Origin: an uncultured Gammaproteobacteria bacterium
Lineage (GTDB): Bacteria > Patescibacteriota > Microgenomatia > UBA8517
Direction of reading: 5' to 3'
DNA: 61,341 nucleotides
Assembly (NCBI GenBank): GCA_964610395.1
Contig: CAZSXP010000001.1
Coordinates: 1 to 61,341 of the forward strand
The translations under genes and the position numbers were made by a program. Below, one piece after another: positions 28,577 to 37,354 of the stretch. The notes beneath the pieces are model-generated. The model made no database searches, had not been told where the DNA came from, and worked only from the letters and a program-made list of their open reading frames with translations. Position 1 is the stretch's first letter; every line of letters starts with the position of its first letter.

Positions 28577-28583
28577 CATTTGG

Positions 28584-28787
28584 TCAATCCACAAACGCCT
28601 TTGGTGTTGCCTTTAAAACTGGTTTAGGAAGCCGCTGGTCAATGCGAACATATTCTTCTTCCTTCAGTCTTTTTAGTTCTGCAAGCCAGTCCCTAATGCC
28701 TTCTTCTTCACACTTGGTCTTCAAATCCGCAGTCGTCATTCCTGTACATGACTGCTTCAAAAAATTCAGAATTCTAGATTCAGACAT
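28584..28787 (-). CDS. Small hypothetical protein, winged-helix-like
   Basis: ORF with AAGGAG upstream; ILNFLK..TTADL..LKRLKEEEYV pattern. Confidence 0.5.
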   Translation of the reverse strand: MSESRILNFLKQSCTGMTTADLKTKCEEEGIRDWLAELKRLKEEEYVRIDQRLPKPVLKATPKAFVD

Positions 28788-28867
28788 TTTATACTCTCCT
28801 TGTTCAAGAACTAGACCCACCGAATTATGGGATAAGGAAGTATATCAAAATAATTGTAAAATTGCCA

Positions 28868-29221
28868 TTAATCAAATTCCAATGATTTTCCTGTTAATTC
28901 TTTTCCATCAAGTTCTTGCCATTTATTTTCTAAATTTATTTTGACAAATTTTTTATATTTATCTTCTGTCGTTTTGTATCTTGTCCAAACTTTCTTTGAT
29001 GCATCAAGAAAAGATTCTGCCTCCAACTTGCTTTCATCATGGTCTTTAATTGAGTAAGTAAATCCACTAAACTCATTTGTATCTCTTTTTCCAAAAGTAA
29101 AAGAAACAACAACTTTTATTTCATCGAATATCTCATTTTTTGAACGAACCGGAGTATAGACAAATTCAGAATAATCTGAAGTTCTTTCGTGGGGCAGGTT
29201 TAATCTTTCTGTAACCACCAC
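28868..29221 (-). CDS. Hypothetical protein
   Basis: 117-aa ORF, no motif recognised. Confidence 0.5.
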   Translation of the reverse strand: MVVTERLNLPHERTSDYSEFVYTPVRSKNEIFDEIKVVVSFTFGKRDTNEFSGFTYSIKDHDESKLEAESFLDASKKVWTRYKTTEDKYKKFVKINLENKWQELDGKELTGKSLEFD

Positions 29222-29237
29222 TGATATATTATAACAT

Positions 29238-29297
29238 ATGACAGGAGTAGAAGATTTTTTGGATTTTTTTGATCCTTTTTCTTCTGACTCCTGCCAT
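29238..29297. repeat. Intergenic inverted repeat / stem-loop
   Basis: ATGACAGGAGT-AGAAGA pairs with TCTTCTGACTCCTGCCAT; inner GGAT..ATCC hairpin. Confidence 0.6.
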
Positions 29298-29384
29298 TGT
29301 TAAAAACTAGTTACCACACTAGGGAGAACAGACAAAGCAGTAAAAATTTGTTTGCCCTCAAAAAAAAAGAGATTTGATTTGAAT

Positions 29385-29579
29385 TTATGAAAGTCCAGGG
29401 TTTTTTCTTCGAAATATATCAAGTGCTATTAGATATTCTTCAACACCCTTGAGTTCCTTTTCGATTTTTTCCTCAAGTTCTTTGAGGGTCAATGCTTTGG
29501 CAAGTTTATTCTTACCACATTTTAGGTAAAAAAATACCTTGCCCCTGACGACATGACAACAATTTTCTTCAGTAGACAT
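29385..29579 (-). CDS. Small hypothetical protein
   Basis: ORF with AAGGAG upstream of ATG 29579. Confidence 0.45.
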   Translation of the reverse strand: MSTEENCCHVVRGKVFFYLKCGKNKLAKALTLKELEEKIEKELKGVEEYLIALDIFRRKNPGLS

Positions 29580-29670
29580 TTTATTCTCCTTATGTGTTTG
29601 ATATTTCAAATCTCAATTTCCTGTGTGGTAATGTGCAAGGCCATATTATACTATAGGTGTTGAATAATTG

Positions 29671-29741
29671 CAAGGCTGAAGGGAATCGAACCCCTACTAA
29701 AAGATTTGGAGTCTTTTGGTCTACCATTAACCTACAGCCTT
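29671..29741 (-). tRNA. tRNA-Trp(CCA)
   Basis: Acceptor AAGGCTG/CAGCCTT, anticodon arm AAAGA-CTCCAAA-TCTTT, T-loop TTCGATT. Confidence 0.95.
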
Positions 29742-29788
29742 ATACTCCTAGCGAATGTATTATACGTTAAAAACTGAATATATGAAAA

Positions 29789-29974
29789 TTACTTTAATTT
29801 ACTTGTTTCTTTGTGTGAAGTAACCTTTTTACACTTTTGACACCATTTTTTAAGTTCAAGTTTTCCTTTACCTTTTGTATCCATATTAACCTTATTCCTA
29901 TCTGTCACATAATTTTGTGCTTTACAGGTAGGACAAATCATTCCAACTAATTCTCTTGCTCCCTTTTTTGCCAT
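29789..29974 (-). CDS. rpmG: 50S ribosomal protein L33
   Basis: CPTCKAQNYVT..N, LELKKWCQKCKKVTSHKE. Confidence 0.95.
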   Translation of the reverse strand: MAKKGARELVGMICPTCKAQNYVTDRNKVNMDTKGKGKLELKKWCQKCKKVTSHKETSKLK

Positions 29975-30023
29975 GAAAGTATATTAACACATTTTTAAAT
30001 TTTAATGAATACGAAAACTTGGG

Positions 30024-30094
30024 AGCCTGAAGAGAGAATCGAACTTTCGTCGCGTCATTACCAATGACGTGCTTTGCCACTAAGCTATTCAGGC
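30024..30094 (-). tRNA. tRNA-Thr(GGT)
   Basis: Acceptor GCCTGAA/TTCAGGC, anticodon arm CGTCA-TTGGTAA-TGACG. Confidence 0.93.
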
Positions 30095-30119
30095 GTATAA
30101 TAAATTATTGCTACTAATG

Positions 30120-30202
30120 TGCCAAGTCTAGGATTCGAACCTAGGAAGCCTTGCGGCAACTGCTCTACAGGCAGTCGTATTTGTCCACTTTACTAACTTG
30201 GC
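30120..30202 (-). tRNA. tRNA-Tyr(GTA)
   Basis: Acceptor GCCAAGT/ACTTGGC, anticodon arm ACTGC-CTGTAGA-GCAGT, long variable arm GCCGCAAGGC. Confidence 0.93.
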
Positions 30203-30204
30203 GC

Positions 30205-30996
30205 TTAATTACTATTGTAATATTTTACAAACTCATTAAACCTTTGTCTATGTTTTGCATTTGCCGGATTTATTTTTTTCATAAATCTCAATACATATTT
30301 TTTCTTTGTCAAGTAAATTTTAAATTCACAAATTTTAGATGGAAAATATTTTAAAACATCTAATGAATATTTCAAACCTCTTAACAGAGGCAATGATCTA
30401 TTTGTGAAGGCTAATTGTACACCAAAACGTAATCTATAAACAGACCCATCAGTATCAAAGAATCCTTTCAGGAAACCTTCCATTAAAAATTGTTTTTTGA
30501 AAATCCAATCAGCCACTCTAACTTGATCTTTAACCTTATTAAATACTAGTCCATTTGATTGCAACCACTGAACAATTTTTACTGACCCAAAATAAATCAC
30601 ATAATAACCCTTTGGTCTAATATGTATTTTTGGTTTAATTCCAAAAAGTTTTGTTATTAAACTAGAAACATATTTGACATAACTTAATTCTTTGTCTCCT
30701 AGTGTGATAGTAACTTGGGTGGGAGTAAGACATCCATCACCAAGCATTATTCCAAAGAATTCTGCAAGGCTACGCGTATGAATACATGGAATTGTTGCTG
30801 GACTTACGCAATTTACTCCTTTTTTACGAGAACGATCAGGTATAATTTTAAGCCTTAACAGGCGATCGTAAACAGTAGTTTCAGCTAAATGCAAAATCTT
30901 TCCAATTTCACCAATTGTTTTATTTTGAATTACGTACAATTCATTCAGCTCCTGAAATTTAAATTCTTCAACTTTTTTTGACCATTTAGCAGGCAT
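30205..30996 (-). CDS. Free-standing double-motif LAGLIDADG endonuclease with N-terminal HTH
   Basis: LAEFFGIMLGDGC and FLKGFFDTDGSV motifs; TIGEIGKILHLAETTVYDRL HTH. Confidence 0.88.
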   Translation of the reverse strand: MPAKWSKKVEEFKFQELNELYVIQNKTIGEIGKILHLAETTVYDRLLRLKIIPDRSRKKGVNCVSPATIPCIHTRSLAEFFGIMLGDGCLTPTQVTITLGDKELSYVKYVSSLITKLFGIKPKIHIRPKGYYVIYFGSVKIVQWLQSNGLVFNKVKDQVRVADWIFKKQFLMEGFLKGFFDTDGSVYRLRFGVQLAFTNRSLPLLRGLKYSLDVLKYFPSKICEFKIYLTKKKYVLRFMKKINPANAKHRQRFNEFVKYYNSN

Positions 30997-31002
30997 TAAT
31001 TA

Positions 31003-31031
31003 AATATAATACGAAGTATAACCGAAGTCAA
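31003..31031 (-). promoter_or_regulatory. Sigma70-type promoter for the LAGLIDADG gene (leaderless spacing)
   Basis: TTGACT-17nt-TATATT-6nt-ATG; ACTTCG direct repeat overlapping the promoter. Confidence 0.6.
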
Positions 31032-31054
31032 TATCAAAAAAGACTGTATTTTTG

Positions 31055-31126
31055 AGCCTCCTGACCGAAATCGAACGGTCGTCGACGGTTTACAAAACCG
31101 TTGCTCTACCATTGAGCTAAGGAGGC
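31055..31126 (-). tRNA. tRNA-Thr(TGT)
   Basis: Acceptor GCCTCCT/AGGAGGC, anticodon arm ACGGT-TTTGTAA-ACCGT. Confidence 0.92.
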
Positions 31127-31155
31127 GTAAGAGCAATTATACCAGAAAAATGTCC

Positions 31156-31767
31156 CTATCTGATGAGAAGACTCAAAATAAAATTTGAAGCAGGAGTTAC
31201 TATTTGAGAAACAATTGATGAACCACCAAATAATGGAAAAATCATCAGTAAAAGTAAGATTGTTCCATATTTATGTAAAAATAAATCAAATTTAAGAGCT
31301 TCTTGGTTAGGTAATATACCTGTTAGTATTTTACCTCCATCCAGAGGATGTATTGGAATAAGATTAAATACAGCAAGCATAACATTAACTCTTATAAGAG
31401 CATAAAAAAAGATACTTAATAATGAAGGGAGTCTAATAAACCCTACAATTATTGCTAATATTATTGCCAAAATTATATTGACTGCAGGTCCAGCAAGTGA
31501 AATTATTGCAGAATCTTTCCTCGGATTTTTAAGGTTGTATGGGTCAAATTCAACAGGTTTTGCCCAACCTAGAATTGGTGCACCGGCTAGAGCTAAGAGT
31601 AATGGAATAAGTACAGTTCCATATAAATCAATGCTAGCTAGGGGATTAAGTGTTATTCTACCCATTAGCCTTGCGGTGGGATCACCAAGTTTATCTGCCA
31701 TCCATGCATGGGCAGCTTCGTGAATTGTTATTACGATGATGAAAGCTAGGATCCAAATTATTATCAT
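31156..31767 (-). CDS. Site-2 protease (M50 family)
   Basis: HEAAH, GDPTA, AGPAVN, FNLIPIHPLDGG. Confidence 0.95.
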   Translation of the reverse strand: MIIIWILAFIIVITIHEAAHAWMADKLGDPTARLMGRITLNPLASIDLYGTVLIPLLLALAGAPILGWAKPVEFDPYNLKNPRKDSAIISLAGPAVNIILAIILAIIVGFIRLPSLLSIFFYALIRVNVMLAVFNLIPIHPLDGGKILTGILPNQEALKFDLFLHKYGTILLLLMIFPLFGGSSIVSQIVTPASNFILSLLIR

Positions 31768-31809
31768 TGAGAATTAAGTTATTTACTAGTATAATGCATC
31801 ATTAGCCTT

Positions 31810-32004
31810 ATGTCATTTACTTGTCAAAATTGCTTAAAGAAAACTACGTTTGGATCAAGCCAAACTCATGGACGTGGTATTGCTGGAAAAAGATGGAAAA
31901 AAAGAGCACAAGAAACAAAAAGAACTTTTGCTCCAAATATTCAAAAATGGCACGGAATGAAACTTTGCACTTCTTGTATCAAGAAGTTAAAAACTGCGAA
32001 GTGA
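31810..32004 (+). CDS. rpmB: 50S ribosomal protein L28
   Basis: CQNC.K, TKRTFAPNIQ, LCTSCIK. Confidence 0.88.
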   Translation: MSFTCQNCLKKTTFGSSQTHGRGIAGKRWKKRAQETKRTFAPNIQKWHGMKLCTSCIKKLKTAK

Positions 32005-32773
32005 CAAATTGCTTGTAAGAAATAGGTTTTTTCCCCTCAAGTTGTACAGTAACAGGTTCATTCTTAAATTCTAATATTTTAAGTCTCTTGCCATTAACTA
32101 GGGTCCAAATTCCTGGCCATGGTATGTATGCTCTATGTTTTCTCTCTATAATTATTGAATCATCTTTAATAAGGTCAACAAATCCATCTTGTTTGATAAT
32201 TATTTTAGTATAAGTTGCTTTACTTTCATCTTGTGGTTTTAACTTAATTTTACCTTCTATATAAGCAGGGATCATCTCAATTAAAACTTCTGCAGATTTT
32301 TCAAATAATCTTTTTCTTAAAGTTTCATTGGTGTCATTTTCTAAAATATCTTCCTTAAATTGAGTCAAAATTGGTCCATGATCCATCTTTTCATCCATTT
32401 TAATAATCGATATTGCAGGGTCTGACCCTGCAATTATAGTTGCTTGAATTGGGGAAGCGCCTCTAAATTCAGGTAGTAGCGACGGGTGAATATTAAGAAT
32501 GCCAAATTTAAAATTATTAATTACTACTTTAGGAATTATCATTCCAAAAGAAGCACAAACACCCATATCTGCCTCGGGTAAATCTACATAATCAAAGTTT
32601 CTTGGAATGTGCTTTTTGAATGCCCATGAGTCAACTGCAGAATAAGTTATTATTTTATCTCTACCTACAGGTTTAGGAGATTGGGTAACAACAGCTACAA
32701 TTTCGTGATATTTATGCAATTTATCCAAAATTGGAATTACATAGTCAGGTGTACCAAAAAAGATTATTTTCAT
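31979..32773 (-). CDS. fmt: Methionyl-tRNA formyltransferase
   Basis: IIFFGTPDY, LNIHPSLLPEFRGASPIQ, RAYIPWPG. Confidence 0.96.
   Translation of the reverse strand: MKIIFFGTPDYVIPILDKLHKYHEIVAVVTQSPKPVGRDKIITYSAVDSWAFKKHIPRNFDYVDLPEADMGVCASFGMIIPKVVINNFKFGILNIHPSLLPEFRGASPIQATIIAGSDPAISIIKMDEKMDHGPILTQFKEDILENDTNETLRKRLFEKSAEVLIEMIPAYIEGKIKLKPQDESKATYTKIIIKQDGFVDLIKDDSIIIERKHRAYIPWPGIWTLVNGKRLKILEFKNEPVTVQLEGKKPISYKQFVTSQFLTS
32412..32434. repeat. REP-like 23-bp palindrome inside fmt
   Basis: ATTGCAGGGT-CTG-ACCCTGCAAT, identical to 22733-22755; translated IAGSDPAI. Confidence 0.9.
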
Positions 32774-32841
32774 AATGATGACTGTATTATACATGATTTT
32801 AAATACAAAAAAGAACATCTGTTTTGTTATACTTGTAATGA

Positions 32842-33996
32842 ATGAAACAATTTATTTTAAAAATGTCAATTTATAGATTTCTTGATGCAGTTAAGTTTAT
32901 TGGTGTAATTTTTGTTTTGCTGTTTGCACATAATGGTATGGATCCATTTCAAATCTCAATACTTATAAGTATTTGGTCTGCAACACAATTATTTTTAGAA
33001 GTTCCACTTGGAACTGTTGCTGACAAATATCCCAGAAGAAATTTATTGATAATTGCATTATTAATTCATGCGATAGGGTTTGTATTTTGGTTAAAAGGAG
33101 ACTTTTTATTTTATGTAATTGGATTTATCCTTTGGGGAACAAAGAATGCTTTAACAAGTGGAACACTAGAAGCCTTTGTATATGATGAATTAAAATCGTT
33201 TGGAAAAGAATCGTCTTATGAAGAGGTGAATGGAAAACTAGAAAGTGCATTTTGGGTAGGTATTACAGTATCGGCAGTATTAGGAGGTTTAATAGCTACA
33301 GTTAGTTATAATTTAGTTTTAATTTTAAGTATTATCACAACACTTTTAGCTGTATTTGCATTACTAACAATTAAGTCAGTAAGACCAGTTCAAACTACTG
33401 GTGAAACAAAATATCTTGTTGTTTTAAAAGAAGCAATTTTAGAAATTAAAAACAACAATACACTAATCGGAATTATTGTTTTCTTTTGTTTAATCTTTGC
33501 AACTTATGGAGCCGCTGATGAATACTGGGCATTAATATATCAAGCCTTAGAACTTCCACTTTCTGTAATAGGTATGTTTGTGGCATTAGGTTATGGATCA
33601 TTTGTTGTTGCTGGTTGGACACTCAAGTTTTTTAATAATGGTTATATAAAAGGTAGGGAACATTTATTATTAGTTTTAAGTGCAATTATTTTTATTATTG
33701 CAGGTTTATTAAAATCATATATTTCAATTCCACTTATATTTTTAGGAATGTATATATTTAAAGTTGCTCACTTGAAATTTGACGCAATATTTCAATATGC
33801 AATCAAATCAGATCAAAGAGCCACAATATCATCACTTAAAAGTTTAATCTACGAAATTGTATATATGGGCTTTGTACTTTTCTTTGGATTCACTTCAGAA
33901 AAATTAGGAATGATATCAGTTGTATATTTGCTGGGTATTCTGCTTATTGGCTGGTTGTTTATCTTCGAAAGAAGACTAAATAGAATAAATTACTAA
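32842..33996 (+). CDS. MFS transporter
   Basis: About 12 TMs; EVPLGTVADKYPRR, SGTLEAFVYD, RATISS. Confidence 0.92.
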   Translation: MKQFILKMSIYRFLDAVKFIGVIFVLLFAHNGMDPFQISILISIWSATQLFLEVPLGTVADKYPRRNLLIIALLIHAIGFVFWLKGDFLFYVIGFILWGTKNALTSGTLEAFVYDELKSFGKESSYEEVNGKLESAFWVGITVSAVLGGLIATVSYNLVLILSIITTLLAVFALLTIKSVRPVQTTGETKYLVVLKEAILEIKNNNTLIGIIVFFCLIFATYGAADEYWALIYQALELPLSVIGMFVALGYGSFVVAGWTLKFFNNGYIKGREHLLLVLSAIIFIIAGLLKSYISIPLIFLGMYIFKVAHLKFDAIFQYAIKSDQRATISSLKSLIYEIVYMGFVLFFGFTSEKLGMISVVYLLGILLIGWLFIFERRLNRINY

Positions 33997-34007
33997 AAAA
34001 GTTATTT

Positions 34008-34541
34008 TTATATTTCCACTTCTTCCCACTCATCTTTTTCATCAAGTTTGTAGAGCTTCTTTTTTTGTTCAAGTAGTCTATCAATAAATAGAAATCCATT
34101 TAAATGATCAATTTCATGCAAAATTATTTGTGCGTTAAAATCTTTAAATTCTTCAGCAATTTCTTTGCCATTTTCATCGAGGTATTTGACTTTTACATAA
34201 TCTTCTCTTTTTAATGGACCATAATAATGCGGGAGAGATAAGCATCCTTCAAGAATTTCATTCTTGCCACGCGAAGCCTTGGCGGGTTGGGGTTTATCTT
34301 TTATCTCAATAATTTCCGGATTTATAATTATTCTTTTTAGATTTTTGAAGTTTATAGCAAAAACTCTCAGATTTACTCCAATTTGAGGTGCTGCAAGACC
34401 AACTCCTTCAGGATCTTTTTGAACAGCAAGCGTGTCTTTTAAATCCTGGACTAATCTCAATATTTTTTTGTCAACTTTTAGTACAGGTTTACTAACTTCT
34501 CTTAACTTTTTTTCTCCAGACTGAATTATTTTTTGAACCAT
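34008..34541 (-). CDS. def: Peptide deformylase
   Basis: GVGLAAPQIG, EGCLS, HEIDHLNG. Confidence 0.98.
   Translation of the reverse strand: MVQKIIQSGEKKLREVSKPVLKVDKKILRLVQDLKDTLAVQKDPEGVGLAAPQIGVNLRVFAINFKNLKRIIINPEIIEIKDKPQPAKASRGKNEILEGCLSLPHYYGPLKREDYVKVKYLDENGKEIAEEFKDFNAQIILHEIDHLNGFLFIDRLLEQKKKLYKLDEKDEWEEVEI
34266..34292. repeat. GC-rich hairpin element (family 2) inside def
   Basis: Minus strand CCCCAACCCGCCAAGGCTTCGCGTGGC; translated PQPAKASRG just before EGCLS. Confidence 0.6.
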
Positions 34542-34554
34542 AACATGTATTATA

Positions 34555-36288
34555 TCATTTTTGAGGCTGGTTTAGTTGATTCAATATATTAATTGCATCT
34601 TGGTAATTTGACTTTAGTTCAATAGATTTTTGTAAATTTTTAATTCCTTCACTATTCTTACCCATTTTAAATTGCAAAATTCCTAATTGATAATAAAGTT
34701 TTGGGTCATTGGGGGATAACTTAATGCCATTTTTAATAACATTTTCGGCGAGTTTCAGATTATTAGGATCTGTATCTGCATTTTTAACTAAATTATTAAT
34801 TAATATCTTTCTAATATTTTGATTGAAAGGCGATAAGTTTAGGGCCTTAGTTGCCATTTCGACATTTGTATCAATTAGTGCTTTCTTAGAAATATAAATA
34901 GCTTCATTTGGAGAAATATTTAAAGCTTGATCAAATTTTGAATAATTGTAATAAACATCAGCTTTCCAGTATTTTGCTATGCAAAATAGTACATAGTACA
35001 TAGTACAAAGTACAAAGAAAATTGCAACTTTTTCATAAAACTTAAGTCTCGTTTTGTCTATATGAATTTTATAATCAATACTTTCTACTAAAGCAAATGC
35101 AGGAAATAAAAAGAACAGAAGAGAGACGGGTACAACAGAAAAACCAAAAAAATTAGTAACTAAAATAGCAATATATCCTGCTAAATAATCAAATCTTTTT
35201 GATTCAATAAAAATTATTATTGAATAAGTTATTAAAAATAAATATGATGCAAATCCTAATATTCCTGTGTTTGCTAGATAATTTAAAAATTCATTGTGTG
35301 CTTTGTTGTAAATAAAATCCCATTCTGAAGTTAAATTATGTTCTACTGGTTTAAACATCGGATATGAGAAAGCAAAAGTTTCAGGTCCAGTTCCCAAGAT
35401 TGGATAATGTTTAAATACCTCTAATGCTCCAAGCCAAACATATTTTCTAATTGTTCCTGATTCAGTTCCACCAGTTTCAAGGGCGGGGCCAGATACAGTG
35501 ACGGGTGAACGGTCAACTTTGAACGGTGATTGAATGACTAAAAATAAACATCCAAAAACAGAAAACAAGATTAAAAATTCTTTTACACGCTTTTTAAACA
35601 TGAATGCCCAGAAAATTATTGCTTCAATCCCAAAAGCCAATAACCCCGATCTTGACTTAGTAAATAATAAAGTTACGAAAAAAAGAACAGACAGAAAATA
35701 ATATTTGTAGGATTTTGCCCATGTCAATGGAATTAAGGCAACTAATAGTGCTGCAAGCCAGTTAGGTTGTCCTAGTGTAGAAAAAACTCTTGTTTGAACA
35801 TCTTGTACCCAGCAAGATTCTTTGAAACCAAAATTCATCATTCCACAAGTTGCAAATATTCCAAATTTCTCACCGATTGCAAGGATGCTTGCAATTGCAG
35901 TAGAAAGTAATATGTAGTATGTAGTATGCAAGGCTTGCTTTTTGTTGAGGTTACTTACAAAGGTCCAGTAAAGAAGTGCATAACAGACTTGAGTTATTAA
36001 TCCACCATTAAATCTTGAATAATAGCCAAACCATGAAGTTCTAGGGTCTATTGAGAAAAGAGCACTGATTAGATAAATAGATAAATAGATGACTAAGGGG
36101 ACATCTAGTTTGGTGGGGCGAAAGATGAACTTTCTTTGTTTGATTGACTCAATTAGCCATCCTGATACAATCAAACTTGTAAAGAGATAAAGAATTATAA
36201 CTTTATTGAATTCAAAGAGCTCTGATGTGGTTTTAAAAAAGGTAAGTGGTAAGATTAAAAATAATATGTTAAAAAGTACTGGAATCAT
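34555..36288 (-). CDS. O-antigen ligase family membrane protein with TPR tail
   Basis: RVFSTLGQPNWLA, TKSRSG, GTGPETF, KAHNEFL; C-terminal TPRs. Confidence 0.9.
   Translation of the reverse strand: MIPVLFNILFLILPLTFFKTTSELFEFNKVIILYLFTSLIVSGWLIESIKQRKFIFRPTKLDVPLVIYLSIYLISALFSIDPRTSWFGYYSRFNGGLITQVCYALLYWTFVSNLNKKQALHTTYYILLSTAIASILAIGEKFGIFATCGMMNFGFKESCWVQDVQTRVFSTLGQPNWLAALLVALIPLTWAKSYKYYFLSVLFFVTLLFTKSRSGLLAFGIEAIIFWAFMFKKRVKEFLILFSVFGCLFLVIQSPFKVDRSPVTVSGPALETGGTESGTIRKYVWLGALEVFKHYPILGTGPETFAFSYPMFKPVEHNLTSEWDFIYNKAHNEFLNYLANTGILGFASYLFLITYSIIIFIESKRFDYLAGYIAILVTNFFGFSVVPVSLLFFLFPAFALVESIDYKIHIDKTRLKFYEKVAIFFVLCTMYYVLFCIAKYWKADVYYNYSKFDQALNISPNEAIYISKKALIDTNVEMATKALNLSPFNQNIRKILINNLVKNADTDPNNLKLAENVIKNGIKLSPNDPKLYYQLGILQFKMGKNSEGIKNLQKSIELKSNYQDAINILNQLNQPQK
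34987..35014. repeat. 7-bp tandem repeat in O-antigen ligase gene
   Basis: TAGTACA x3, AAGTACA. Confidence 0.75.
35495..35529. repeat. Degenerate 7-bp tandem repeat in O-antigen ligase gene
   Basis: ACAGTGA CGGGTGA ACGGTCA ACTTTGA ACGGTGA. Confidence 0.65.
35901..35928. repeat. Degenerate 7-bp tandem repeat in O-antigen ligase gene
   Basis: TAGAAAG TAATATG TAGTATG TAGTATG. Confidence 0.6.
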
Positions 36289-37354
36289 GATGATATTTAA
36301 AAGTATACCAAATCCGATTAATTTAATCCTAGGTTTTTTTTCAATTGACTTGGGGATTGATCTTGGAACTGCAAATACCTTAGTTTTTATTAAAGGTAAA
36401 GGTGTTGCAATTAGAGAACCCTCTGCTGTTGCAAGAAATAAAAAGACAAAAGAGATTTTGGCAATTGGGCTTCCAGCTAAAAAAATGATTGGAAGAGCAC
36501 CATCTACGATTGAAGTTATAAGACCGCTTAAAGATGGAGTTATCGCTGATTTTGATGCTGCTTCTTCAATACTAACTCATTATATTAAAAAAGTTCATGA
36601 AACTGGTGGAAATATGCCACGTATCCCAAGACCACATGTAATTGTTGGTATTCCATCAGGTGTTACTGAAGTGGAAAGAAGAGCTGTGGCTGATGCTGCA
36701 GTTGATGCGGGGGCAAGGAGAGTAGATTTAATTGAAGAACCAATGGCAGCTGCAATTGGTGCTGGACTTGATGTTTCCTCGCCTGAAGGTAATTTTGTAG
36801 TAGATATTGGTGGAGGAACTTCAGAAATTGCTGTAATTTCATTGGGTGGAATTGTAATAGGTAGGTCATTACGTATTGCTGGAGATGAAATGGATGAAGC
36901 CATAATAAATTATGTAAAGTTAAAATATTCACTTCTTCTCGGTCAGTCATCTGCAGAAGCTGTAAAAATTGCTATTGGATCAGCAGGTGATTTTGAGAAA
37001 GGTAAATCATATGTAATAAGAGGAAGAGATCTTGAAAATGGACTTCCTAGATCTATTAAATTAACTGATGGAGAAATAAGAGAGGCATTAGGACCAATAA
37101 TACATGAAATTATTACAGGTATTTCTGATACTTTAGAAGAAACTCCACCAGAACTTATTTCAGATATTATGAAAAAAGGAATTTATTTAGCAGGTGGTGG
37201 AGCAATGATTCATGGAATAGATAAAGCAGTAGCAGATGCTACCAAAATGCCTGTTTTTATAGCAGAAGATCCATTAACTTGTGTAGTTAGAGGTTGTGGA
37301 AAATTACTTGATGATTTAGCTCTTTTAAACAAAATTAGGGTATGCAAACTTTAG
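36287..37354 (+). CDS. mreB: Rod shape-determining actin MreB (copy 2)
   Basis: IDLGTANT, PSGVTEVERRA, DIGGGTSE, EDPLTCVVRG; start position approximate. Confidence 0.96.
   Translation: MMIFKSIPNPINLILGFFSIDLGIDLGTANTLVFIKGKGVAIREPSAVARNKKTKEILAIGLPAKKMIGRAPSTIEVIRPLKDGVIADFDAASSILTHYIKKVHETGGNMPRIPRPHVIVGIPSGVTEVERRAVADAAVDAGARRVDLIEEPMAAAIGAGLDVSSPEGNFVVDIGGGTSEIAVISLGGIVIGRSLRIAGDEMDEAIINYVKLKYSLLLGQSSAEAVKIAIGSAGDFEKGKSYVIRGRDLENGLPRSIKLTDGEIREALGPIIHEIITGISDTLEETPPELISDIMKKGIYLAGGGAMIHGIDKAVADATKMPVFIAEDPLTCVVRGCGKLLDDLALLNKIRVCKL

Noticed and set aside
30205-30996. LAGLIDADG gene as part of a tRNA group I intron or an intein
   Set aside because: Flanking tRNAs are complete and uninterrupted, flanks are too short for a ribozyme core, and there is no host extein or splicing motif
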